From Nitrospirota bacterium (lineage in GTDB: Bacteria > Nitrospirota > UBA9217), in NCBI GenBank assembly GCA_963790205.1, contig CAWBNQ010000001.1, forward strand, positions 640,001-704,000: 64,000 nt of DNA, in the 5' to 3' direction. The notes beneath the pieces were generated by a model that saw only the letters and a program-made list of their open reading frames with translations, ran no database searches and was not told where the DNA came from. Position 1 is the stretch's first letter; each line of letters opens with the position of its first letter. Position numbers and translations under genes: made by a program. Below are positions 40,445 to 49,556 of the stretch, in pieces.

Positions 40445-41488
40445 CTAAATATTTTCCCCGTAGTATTGCTTGTAAACATCTTTAAAGATGAGCGGGAAAT
40501 TACTCGTGAATTCTCTAAAACCTTCGCTATTATCCTGGTACTCATAGTGTCTCAGATGTTTAAAGTCAAAGGGAATGTCAGATATATCCTGAGTAAGGAG
40601 GATTGCAGGTTTTCCGATGGCATGAACAATTCCTACTTCGTACAGGACATTCGGATTTTTTGCTGTCAAATCAGCAACAATAATTGCGCATTGGTTTATT
40701 TTAGTCCATATATCCTCAATGATAATAGGTCCGTTCAAATTATCCGCACGTAGGCATTGAAATCCGAGTGCTTCAACATTTTCTCTTATCAACTCTTTGT
40801 AGACATGATCGGACCATTCCTTTTTAAAAGGCATCAATACGAAGCAAAGTCTCGGATCTATTTGTTCAATCTTCGTTCTAAAAATTGGATGCGGTTTATT
40901 TGAGGATGAATTATCTTCGGCTGAATATCCTAACGGATTTGCTACGGGTCTTACTTTTGGTGATGATTCTCTTTGGTGATTAATTATCAACTGCTCGATG
41001 TCTCGATATTTTATATATTCGTCGAAAACCTCATTTCCGTCTAGGGCAAATTTGGCAATGCCGCCGTAATTAGTGAGTGAATATGAAGTAGATGTGAAAC
41101 TGCCAAGTCCACTAATGAATCGCAGGATAACCTCAACTTCATATTTGTCAATGCCAGACTGTGTTGATATCTCTTCTGATGATATTTCTCTCAGCTCCGG
41201 ATTTTTAAATAGGAAGTCTTTTATGAGCAGAATGACCTTATGTGTTTTTTCTATTAAATCTGTTTCCGGATCTAAATGCCATATACCTAGAAGGGTTAAT
41301 CTGTCTTCTCCTTCTAGCAATCGTCTGTCAATCTGATAGGGATTAAAGTCGTCAGGTATTTTTCCGAGTAATTCAATCTTTAAACTTCTATGGCCTGCCT
41401 TTTCTCGTGTCTTAAATTTTGTATATATCGCTCCAAGCCACGCTTTAGCGTCATCGGTAATTTCTATTTTAGGAAAATTATAGGGCAT
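40445..41488 (-). CDS. Protein with a C-terminal nucleoside 2-deoxyribosyltransferase/TIR-like domain
   Basis: CFVLMPF, RAD, VADLTAKNPNVLYEVGIVHAIGKP, IPFDF. Confidence 0.7.
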   Translation of the reverse strand: MPYNFPKIEITDDAKAWLGAIYTKFKTREKAGHRSLKIELLGKIPDDFNPYQIDRRLLEGEDRLTLLGIWHLDPETDLIEKTHKVILLIKDFLFKNPELREISSEEISTQSGIDKYEVEVILRFISGLGSFTSTSYSLTNYGGIAKFALDGNEVFDEYIKYRDIEQLIINHQRESSPKVRPVANPLGYSAEDNSSSNKPHPIFRTKIEQIDPRLCFVLMPFKKEWSDHVYKELIRENVEALGFQCLRADNLNGPIIIEDIWTKINQCAIIVADLTAKNPNVLYEVGIVHAIGKPAILLTQDISDIPFDFKHLRHYEYQDNSEGFREFTSNFPLIFKDVYKQYYGENI

Positions 41489-41597
41489 GGAGATTCCATT
41501 GCTATTTAACGGTTGCTCGCGACTTTGTCGAGTCCGTTATAGTTGATATTTCCAACTGTCTACATGACTAGACTGTCTTCACTCTGCCGGCAGTCTG

Positions 41598-42779
41598 TCA
41601 ATTTATCGAAAAAACCTCATGCAATAGTGATTGAAATAAATGTTCTGCCTGTCGTAATGATTCCACCTGTGTCGTATGCAGACCTTCGTGGTTCCGAATG
41701 CCCTCAACATATTTTATTTGCAGCGGCATCGGGGGCAGTGGAATCCGTAATTCGGACAAGGTTGATGTGTTCATGAAAGTGTACGCATCTTCTTGCCCGG
41801 TCTTTAACTTACCAATTTTTGAAGCAAAATAGGTCATCAGTATCACGAAATATTCGGGCAAGCACTTTGTCGGATCAAGAGAAAGTCTAATAGTGTTACT
41901 GTGAATGATGGACTTCTCATAGCTGGTCTTAACTATAGCCATTCTTCCGACAGTTCCAGCACGCGATACGATGATATCACCGTTCCTAACCGTGTAAGCT
42001 TTAAGCTCCTCATATTTTTGGGGAGTAATGTAAAAACATTTGTCCTCGCGGAATTCGTTCGCACCCACGCAGTCCACCGTCCATACCGGGATGCCGCTTG
42101 AAACATATTCATCCTTCTTAAGGGCGCTACCAAATGGACCACATTTTACACCATCTTTATTGTTAGGGAACAATTCTTCAACCTGATAAAGAGAATAGTT
42201 GTTTGGATTGTGAAAGGGATCGCCAAAAAATTTCAGGAAAACTGATGGAAGCACTGTATCATTAATGTCCAGAGCATATCGGCGCATTTGTCTCAAATTG
42301 TCGGCACTTTTTAACATCTCAGCTATAAGCTTTTGCTCAGGCATATCGCGATAGGGTATTTCAACAGCCTCCATAATTTCTTTTGTGACCTCGTCAAAAG
42401 TTGCTCCTCTCCCTTTATTGACGATGGCAGGTGTCAAATATTTAAGCGCGAAGTATCCGTAAAGTGGATTGAGATATTTATTTGGAATAATATTTTTGAA
42501 ACCTTGATTTGTACAAAGCGGGAAGGCAGTAACGGCACAATGTCCGATTGGCGCTCGGCTACTAAACAAAATGGTTCCTGTCGGTAGCATTTTTAAAGAA
42601 CAGCTGTCATATCCTTTTTTTGATATTTTTTTTAATGCTCCGTGAAAATATATTTTGTCATTCGATGATAAATCCGCGGGTGTTACCCATGGGATATCAC
42701 CATTCCAATATTTTGGCTCGTTAGTTCTAGGCGTAGATCCAGAGACTATTTTACCGAGCTCACTTAGAGGCTTTATCAT
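41598..42779 (-). CDS. hsdS: Type I R-M specificity subunit
   Basis: SGSTP, SSRAPIG, TNQGF, GPFGS, IPLPPMPLQ; two TRDs. Confidence 0.9.
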   Translation of the reverse strand: MIKPLSELGKIVSGSTPRTNEPKYWNGDIPWVTPADLSSNDKIYFHGALKKISKKGYDSCSLKMLPTGTILFSSRAPIGHCAVTAFPLCTNQGFKNIIPNKYLNPLYGYFALKYLTPAIVNKGRGATFDEVTKEIMEAVEIPYRDMPEQKLIAEMLKSADNLRQMRRYALDINDTVLPSVFLKFFGDPFHNPNNYSLYQVEELFPNNKDGVKCGPFGSALKKDEYVSSGIPVWTVDCVGANEFREDKCFYITPQKYEELKAYTVRNGDIIVSRAGTVGRMAIVKTSYEKSIIHSNTIRLSLDPTKCLPEYFVILMTYFASKIGKLKTGQEDAYTFMNTSTLSELRIPLPPMPLQIKYVEGIRNHEGLHTTQVESLRQAEHLFQSLLHEVFSIN

Positions 42780-44493
42780 ATTTAGAAATTACCTTGTTTA
42801 GCAAAGCTATTTTTTTTGTAGACGCTATATCAATTTGCTGTAGACGTCTGAGAGTCATCTCTGGCTTCTCGAAAAACACTTCTTCATATTCCATCTGCCT
42901 ATAACGGCTTACGGATAAGTCGTAGTTCTTATTCTTAACATTCTCTTTGGTAATCCAGAACTGACGGCCGAGCTGATTTATTTCTTGCTGTAATGGTGAT
43001 ATTTTCAATTGAAGATTTGCTAGCTCACCCTCTGCTTTTTCCCTTGTCTTGCGCGCCTTATCTGAATCCTTCTCGGAAGCAATTACTTCCTCAAATTTCA
43101 ATCGATGAATTATTTGTTGATGTTTTAACTGTTCTTTCTTTAGCGGTGCAACTTGCTGCTTTAGCTTCTCTAGTCGGTCCGTTCTTTTTTGCATAAATTT
43201 CGTCTCACTACGTCTATCCCAGCATTCAAGAAGGTCCGGGATATCATTCTCTGATACCTTTTCTCTTTTATCATCAAGCGAAAATCCATCATGCTGCATG
43301 TCATAAAACCATATTTTATCGGTTGTTGCGCCCTTTGTAAAAACAAGCACCGCAGTTGATACACCGGCATACGGGCGGAATACACCTGACGGCATAGAAA
43401 TAACGGCGTCCAGACGGTTTTCCTCAATTAGCTTCCTTCTTATTTCCACATGGGCTTTAGATGAGCCGAAGAGGACTCCGTCTGGAACAATTACCGCACC
43501 TCTGCCACCGTTTTCCAACAACCTTACAAACAGGTGAAGAAACAGTATCTCTGTCTTTTTCACCTTGGTCGGAAGTGTCGGATTTACATCGAGTGAGTCA
43601 ATTGCTCCTTTGAATGGCGGATTTGCAAGAACCACATCATAGCTTCGCTCTTCGCTATATGCTTTTGACAGGGTATCCTTCCACCTAAAGTTCGGTTCAT
43701 CGATTCCATGGAGAATAAGGTTCATGCAGCCGATTCGGAGCATGGTCATGCCTGAGTCGCTGTCATAACCAGTAAACGCCTTTGATTGAAGAAATTTATG
43801 CTCCTCTTTTGAGAGCTTATCCCCAACAAGAAAGTGTGGCCAACCTTCCTCGTCATACTTGAGAACATCTTTCTGTGTGTGTCTCTCAAGAATGTGCTGA
43901 TAAGCGTTAACCAGAAACCCGCATGTGCCGGCTGCTGGATCACAGATACGCTCACCCGGACGAGGGTCGATTATTTTCACCATCATGCGGATAATGTGGC
44001 GAGGGGTTCGAAACTGTCCATTCTTTCCAGCAACGCTAAGATGGTTCAGGATGTATTCGAATATATCTCCCTGCACATCCTGGTTCTGGGAAGAGAGCTG
44101 CATTTCCTCAAGTGATTTGCACGCCTCGATGAGCAAGCTGGGTTTACTGATCTTAAATTCAGCATTGGCCATGTACTCCCCGAAAGCGCCGCCCTCACCA
44201 CCAAGACCCTTCATAAATGGGAACACTTCTTCCTTCACATGCTTTAATGCCTTTTCAGCAGGAAGTTGCGTCCAATAATCCCAGCGCAGTTCTCTCTTAG
44301 GAAATATCGGCTTATACTTAGTACCCTTCCTCTTCGCTGCATGTATGCCATCTTCTTCCTTTTCATTAAGCCTTTTTAAGAAAATTAAGTAGGAAAGTTG
44401 CTCGATAACATCTGCCGGATTTGCTAATCCGCCGGACCAGAGCTTATCCCATAACGCATCAACTTTTGAACGAAGTACTGAGTCGGTGAGCAT
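42760..44493 (-). CDS. hsdM: Type I R-M N6-adenine methyltransferase
   Basis: GQFRTPRHII, DPAAGTCGFL, ANPPF, VPDGVLF. Confidence 0.93.
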   Translation of the reverse strand: MLTDSVLRSKVDALWDKLWSGGLANPADVIEQLSYLIFLKRLNEKEEDGIHAAKRKGTKYKPIFPKRELRWDYWTQLPAEKALKHVKEEVFPFMKGLGGEGGAFGEYMANAEFKISKPSLLIEACKSLEEMQLSSQNQDVQGDIFEYILNHLSVAGKNGQFRTPRHIIRMMVKIIDPRPGERICDPAAGTCGFLVNAYQHILERHTQKDVLKYDEEGWPHFLVGDKLSKEEHKFLQSKAFTGYDSDSGMTMLRIGCMNLILHGIDEPNFRWKDTLSKAYSEERSYDVVLANPPFKGAIDSLDVNPTLPTKVKKTEILFLHLFVRLLENGGRGAVIVPDGVLFGSSKAHVEIRRKLIEENRLDAVISMPSGVFRPYAGVSTAVLVFTKGATTDKIWFYDMQHDGFSLDDKREKVSENDIPDLLECWDRRSETKFMQKRTDRLEKLKQQVAPLKKEQLKHQQIIHRLKFEEVIASEKDSDKARKTREKAEGELANLQLKISPLQQEINQLGRQFWITKENVKNKNYDLSVSRYRQMEYEEVFFEKPEMTLRRLQQIDIASTKKIALLNKVISKYDKASK

Positions 44494-44501
44494 TACTCTC
44501 C

Positions 44502-47291
44502 TTACGCTGCTAGTTTAGCAGTTAAATCAATCAAATCCTTAATCTGCTGCGGAGAAAAATATCGTTCCACCGCGTTCCGTCCGAAAATCGTTAACGGCGG
44601 TTCGTAGAGATCGGCCTCGGAAATAGTCCTTTTCTGTAAGAAAACTTCTTGCACTGACCGAAGAAATCTGATCTGGTCCCCTGTATAGTTGTGGCTGGTA
44701 ATGTGCTCGTCAAAAGCCTGTTTAACTATATGCTGATAATCAGGCAGGTCGTCCATCTCGAGGATATACCAGATAAATCCAAGGAAATCGAAAGACCTTG
44801 AACCGGCATTAATATCTATGAAGTTTTTGCCGTATGCCTTCATAATATTCTGCTTCGTTACACGGAGATCGCTCTTGCCCAATTCTTGGCTAAGCGTCCG
44901 CTCTAATGCTGCCATATCTTCTAGGGAAATGGTTTTGCCTTCGCGTATGGCTTTAAGCGTGGGATGAGTTTCTGCGATTCTCAATATACGTGCTTCTATT
45001 TGTTTTCTGTATTCTTCAACATAAATCTGCTTGCCGCCTTCCCCGATGGTTATATATCCTCGGGTTGCAATGAAGTCTGGCAAGTCCAAATTAAGGAAAT
45101 AGCCCGGCCTGTCCCTTCGGTTCTTCATTTCCCCGGCAAAGTCAGTGATTATCTGATGTATCTGTTCCGAAGATGCAACCGCAAGATCCTGAGATAAGCT
45201 CAATTTCACTGAAGATTCTTTTGCCGGATTCTTCAATACAAACTCCGGTAATAAACTTACGTCCTCAGCAATAGAGGTTAATAGATCTGCTGACGGTTTG
45301 CTGCACATTATTTGAAGCTTCAAGCGCTCAAGCTTACTCGTAAATGTTTCTGCTGCAACATCCACATTGGGTACGTGACGCAGCAGAGGACCCACCTTGA
45401 GCCGCAAATAATTTATCTTATCAGTCGTCATAAAGAGCCAAAATGAATCTTCCCAAGCTTCCGACACTTCTCCCCACATTTTTCGAATCGGAAATGACTC
45501 GACAGGAATTCTCCCGATCATTGCACGCATGTCTTGCAATGCCTGTTGGTAAGTAAATGAGCCCTGGTCTCCAAGATTGTTTTCCAGCAACTTCAGCCGG
45601 GTATTGAATATTGAAACAAGAACCGGCACCTGAACATGCTGTTTTTCTTCAGTCTTTTTCTCGAAGTCGTTCTGCCAAAAGTCAATTATCTTGAATTCTG
45701 TTTTTTTCCCATCAGGAAGACGATCGCGATATCTACATGCCTCGTTATTTCTGGTTCCTCTACCGATCATCTGCCATAGCTTTATCGGTGATTGAACAGG
45801 CTTCATAAAAACGAGATTTACTACCTCGGGAACATCGACGCCAGTATCGAGCATGTCCACGGACAAAGCAATTCTCGGAAGATCATTCTTCTTGAACTTA
45901 GTTATTAAGCCGTCACCGTACGTGCCGTCGTGCACGCGCTCCATGCCGTGGTAAATCGTTTGAACCATACCAACATGCTGAGGATACATTTCCTCAAAGA
46001 CTAGTCTTATTCTTTCAGCGTGCTTCTTGGTTATAGCGAAAATTATAGTTTTCCCCACCAGGTGGCCAGATTTGTCCTTAATGCTAACATCCAGAATCTC
46101 TTCCCACTGCCTGCGAAGCGTATCTTTGTTGCTGACAAGTACTTCAAGATCTGTTCCTGAATAATCAATCTGGTCAGGGTCGAGACCTTGTTCAATTAGG
46201 GCATTACGCTCTTCCTCACTCAGGTCTGCGCCCTTAATACCCTTGCGCTGAAATCCTGTCTGAGCCTGATATAAGCTGAAGTCAACGAGATAGCGTTCTT
46301 TAATGGCTTGATCATAGGGATATAGGAATGTAGGTTCTGTTCCGCTGCATTTAAAGACAAGAAACGTATCGCGATCAATGAAGTTCGCCGGGGTCGCCGT
46401 TAGTCCGATCATCCTGGCATCAAAATACTCGATAACTTCCGTGAATCTATTGAAGATAGAGCGGTGTGCTTCATCAAATATAATAAGATCGAAGAATGCG
46501 GGGCTAAACTGCTCGAAGCAGCGCCCCATGGTCTGGAGTGTGGCCACGAACAAACGCTTCGTAGTGTCAATATTATTGGTGAACACCCGGTCCCGAGGCT
46601 CATTTGGAAGGTAGGTTTTGAAACCATCACCTAGTGCTTGTTCTACAAGTGCATCTCGATCAGCTACAAACAGGACATGCTGGGCCTGAGACGCCCTCAA
46701 GAACAGGTCAACCAGAGCCATCGTCGTCCGTGTTTTGCCGGTGCCCGTTGCCATTACGAGAAGGGCGCGTCGTTTCCCTTGGACAAATGCCTCAGAAACC
46801 CTCCGGATAGCTTCGTGTTGATAAGGACGATTTACGATCGAATTGCTGATTGAGAATGACGCCAGAGGTTTCTGATTCTGTCGGATAAATTGAAGCCTCT
46901 TGATGTCGTCAGGTGTGAAGAATCCAGCTACGAGCCGGGGATTGGCTACTCCTATTTCCCAGAAATAGGTCTCATGGCCATTTGATAAAAATCCGAAGGG
47001 TTGAAAACCTTGTCGCTTTCCAATTTCCTCGATATAATACTGCAGTTGTGCTTCGCCTTCCCGGGGGCTTCGGGAGGTCCGTTTGGCCTCGATTACAACG
47101 CAGACATTCCCCTCAGCGTCATACAGGCAATAATCGGTTACTCCGTTCCACGGCTCGGCATCATAACCGTCAACAGGAACCTCAAACCGGACTTGTGTAC
47201 GATTCTTCAGATCCCATTGTGCGTGCTCGAGCTGAGGATCAATACGCTTGGTTCGAGTTTTTGATTCGCTTTCAGACATGTCTTTAGTCAA
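44502..47291 (-). CDS. hsdR: Type I R-M restriction subunit (EcoEI/EcoAI-like)
   Basis: DY..VIEAKR nuclease, ATGTGKT, DEAHRS, GLTATP, MLDTGVD, QMIGRGTR. Confidence 0.93.
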   Translation of the reverse strand: MTKDMSESESKTRTKRIDPQLEHAQWDLKNRTQVRFEVPVDGYDAEPWNGVTDYCLYDAEGNVCVVIEAKRTSRSPREGEAQLQYYIEEIGKRQGFQPFGFLSNGHETYFWEIGVANPRLVAGFFTPDDIKRLQFIRQNQKPLASFSISNSIVNRPYQHEAIRRVSEAFVQGKRRALLVMATGTGKTRTTMALVDLFLRASQAQHVLFVADRDALVEQALGDGFKTYLPNEPRDRVFTNNIDTTKRLFVATLQTMGRCFEQFSPAFFDLIIFDEAHRSIFNRFTEVIEYFDARMIGLTATPANFIDRDTFLVFKCSGTEPTFLYPYDQAIKERYLVDFSLYQAQTGFQRKGIKGADLSEEERNALIEQGLDPDQIDYSGTDLEVLVSNKDTLRRQWEEILDVSIKDKSGHLVGKTIIFAITKKHAERIRLVFEEMYPQHVGMVQTIYHGMERVHDGTYGDGLITKFKKNDLPRIALSVDMLDTGVDVPEVVNLVFMKPVQSPIKLWQMIGRGTRNNEACRYRDRLPDGKKTEFKIIDFWQNDFEKKTEEKQHVQVPVLVSIFNTRLKLLENNLGDQGSFTYQQALQDMRAMIGRIPVESFPIRKMWGEVSEAWEDSFWLFMTTDKINYLRLKVGPLLRHVPNVDVAAETFTSKLERLKLQIMCSKPSADLLTSIAEDVSLLPEFVLKNPAKESSVKLSLSQDLAVASSEQIHQIITDFAGEMKNRRDRPGYFLNLDLPDFIATRGYITIGEGGKQIYVEEYRKQIEARILRIAETHPTLKAIREGKTISLEDMAALERTLSQELGKSDLRVTKQNIMKAYGKNFIDINAGSRSFDFLGFIWYILEMDDLPDYQHIVKQAFDEHITSHNYTGDQIRFLRSVQEVFLQKRTISEADLYEPPLTIFGRNAVERYFSPQQIKDLIDLTAKLAA

Positions 47292-47772
47292 CTAATAAGC
47301 ACTTACACGCTCAGTTTTCCGCGATAAGATCGTGGAATTGCACGATAGTCATCCAGCTGAAGTTTCTAAGCAGCTCACCGGCCGCGATGGAGAGGGAGTC
47401 GGCCAGGTTCTTGAGATCGCTGAATTGAGTCTAGTCGCAGTCGATCCGGAATATGATAACTTTTGCCGAATAGTTGCAAAGATTATCCGCAAACGACGCA
47501 GATATTTGTCACCGACCGACTTTACTACAGATCGTTACAAAAGTCCAGAATATGATGGGTATTTTGGTGGGAGCAAGTGCAGAGGAGGTATGATGCCGTT
47601 TAAAGATTATAAAGCTCAAATCATGACCGCAAGTCAGCTTCCGAATAAATCTCGTATTCTATTCTAACCAGCAAATCAAACATAGTATGTATCCCGGCAA
47701 AAGTGCTCATAAAGCGTTGCGGAGTTTTATCACCTAGTGCCTTGATCAAGGTACTCATCCCTTTGCAGAATC

Positions 47773-48012
47773 TTAAACGGGATCATTGATATTACTGGCG
47801 CTTTCAATACTTTTAATAAATCGGATAACGAACTGATGAAAAGGCAAACCATCAACTTCACCGATTTTGCCCGTAATTTTAGCGACATATTTGTCACGGT
47901 CTGCTCGTACACTTGCGACAACATCTCCATAGTTGATAGACAGGCTCATATTTGCCGTAGGATCGATAGGGTTGCTTGCTTTGCCAGTTTCACTTTTTGC
48001 CTTACGGTGCAT
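47773..48012 (-). CDS. Small hypothetical protein divergent from the XRE regulator
   Basis: GAGGAG RBS before ATG; 79 aa. Confidence 0.45.
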   Translation of the reverse strand: MHRKAKSETGKASNPIDPTANMSLSINYGDVVASVRADRDKYVAKITGKIGEVDGLPFHQFVIRFIKSIESASNINDPV

Positions 48013-48180
48013 TTAATTCTCCTCTCGCTACCATTTATAAAACTGATACTCGCGAATTGCGATTCGCAGAACGTGTGTCTTAAGTCTACATTATATGACG
48101 GATTTGTCAATATTTTTCTATTTTTGATGTTGTGTTAAAAACCTCCTTGAAAGTTAATGATAACAAAACTTGGAGGACGC

Positions 48181-48504
48181 ATGAAACCGACAACGAAGAA
48201 GCTGCTGGGGGCAAGAATCAAAGAGCTGCGTAAATCAAGAGGCTTCTCGCAAGACGAGCTCGCGGAAAAAGTAGATATCGACGCCAAACACATGAGCCGC
48301 ATCGAAGTAGGTGGCAGCTACCCCTCCCTGGATACTTTGGACCGGATTGCCAAGGCACTCGGCGTCGAACTAAAAGATTTTTTCGATATAGTTCATGAAT
48401 CAAAGAGAGCCGATCTCATACGAGCAATAATGAGCTTGATCAAAGATGCTGACGATGCCCAATTGAAACTCCTCGTCAAAATTGCTCGCGCCACTGTACG
48501 CTAG
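48181..48504 (+). CDS. XRE family HTH regulator (C-protein-like)
   Basis: LGARIKELRKSRGFSQDELAE..SRIEVG..PSLDTL; GGAGG RBS. Confidence 0.9.
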   Translation: MKPTTKKLLGARIKELRKSRGFSQDELAEKVDIDAKHMSRIEVGGSYPSLDTLDRIAKALGVELKDFFDIVHESKRADLIRAIMSLIKDADDAQLKLLVKIARATVR

Positions 48505-48582
48505 TTTCAGGCAGACGAATTAAATCTCTCTAGTCCGCGGCGGGAGTCTCTGACTCAGTGCATGCTAGACTTTTCGCAAAGA

Positions 48583-49059
48583 TCAGCCAACCTCAAGCTC
48601 GTTAAAGGGAAACAGGTTATCCGAGGGAGCAATGTTGTTCGTGCTTATGTATTCTTTTAATTCCTGGAATAACTGCTCTGGCAGCATCATGCCTCGCGGC
48701 TGCCAAGAGGGTACGAATAATCTATCGGCTGAGACATCAGCGCCTTTAAGTCCCGCCAATTCATTGATACGCAGTTGATATATTAGCAACAATTCAAGAC
48801 ATAAGGTGAAGGGTTCCATCATTTTTTTATTATTTTCTTTTGTGCTCGCTGAAGTAGTAAGTTTGCTCTTGCTCAGCATTGGTAGAAGCTTCTCTGATAA
48901 AACCGCAATTTTCTCCCACTCGCCACTACGTTTTTTCATTTCTTTTAACCATCTCATTACTTCTACAAACTTTTCTCTTTCGGTCTTATGGTTTGTGTCT
49001 TCACAAATGCCGCGTATTATTCCGAGGGCGCAGGAAGCAGCTATTGTGTCTATATCCAT
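48583..49059 (-). CDS. Hypothetical protein with a partial tyrosine-recombinase box I
   Basis: LLLIYQLRINELAGLKGADV; no HxxR or Tyr box. Confidence 0.5.
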   Translation of the reverse strand: MDIDTIAASCALGIIRGICEDTNHKTEREKFVEVMRWLKEMKKRSGEWEKIAVLSEKLLPMLSKSKLTTSASTKENNKKMMEPFTLCLELLLIYQLRINELAGLKGADVSADRLFVPSWQPRGMMLPEQLFQELKEYISTNNIAPSDNLFPFNELEVG

Positions 49060-49079
49060 TCGAGTTTCTCCTTGTATCG

Positions 49080-49556
49080 CTATTTGATACGCCTGATCTT
49101 CTCGTATTGTTTCAGTTTAGTCCGCAATAGGTCGATTTCTCGTTGGAAGCTCTGAAATCGATCCTTATAGTCATCATTCTCGGATTGCAGCCGATTATTT
49201 TCTCTTGCAAGATTCAACTTGTCGATCGACAGTTGTTTATTTGTCTGCAAAAGGATTTTATATCGTTCGTTGATGTTCGATGGTTCTACGTTGTTGTTTT
49301 TTTCAAGCGATATATTACTCTTATTTTTTACTTTCCGAATATATGCGAGTGCCCCGGGGTATCGGTAAATCGTATCTCTGCCAATTTCGGCTTCACGTGC
49401 TACTGACGTAGGGGTCATTTTGGTCCACTTACCGATTATCTGGGGCTTCCGGGATTCAATTCGCTGAATTGCCGAATGAATACGCTCTTCGGTTTGAGCC
49501 GTTCTTTTTGCTGCAGCTCTTTTGAGGGCTTCTGGATTTCCTTTTTTGGGCGTCAA
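49080..49556 (-). CDS. TnpC/GinD-like HTH + coiled-coil accessory protein
   Basis: TPTSVAREAEIGRDTIYRY HTH, C-terminal coiled coil. Confidence 0.7.
   Translation of the reverse strand: MTPKKGNPEALKRAAAKRTAQTEERIHSAIQRIESRKPQIIGKWTKMTPTSVAREAEIGRDTIYRYPGALAYIRKVKNKSNISLEKNNNVEPSNINERYKILLQTNKQLSIDKLNLARENNRLQSENDDYKDRFQSFQREIDLLRTKLKQYEKIRRIK

Noticed and set aside
47332..47667. 111-aa ORF upstream of hsdR
   Set aside because: No RBS or motif support; probably intergenic or decayed sequence
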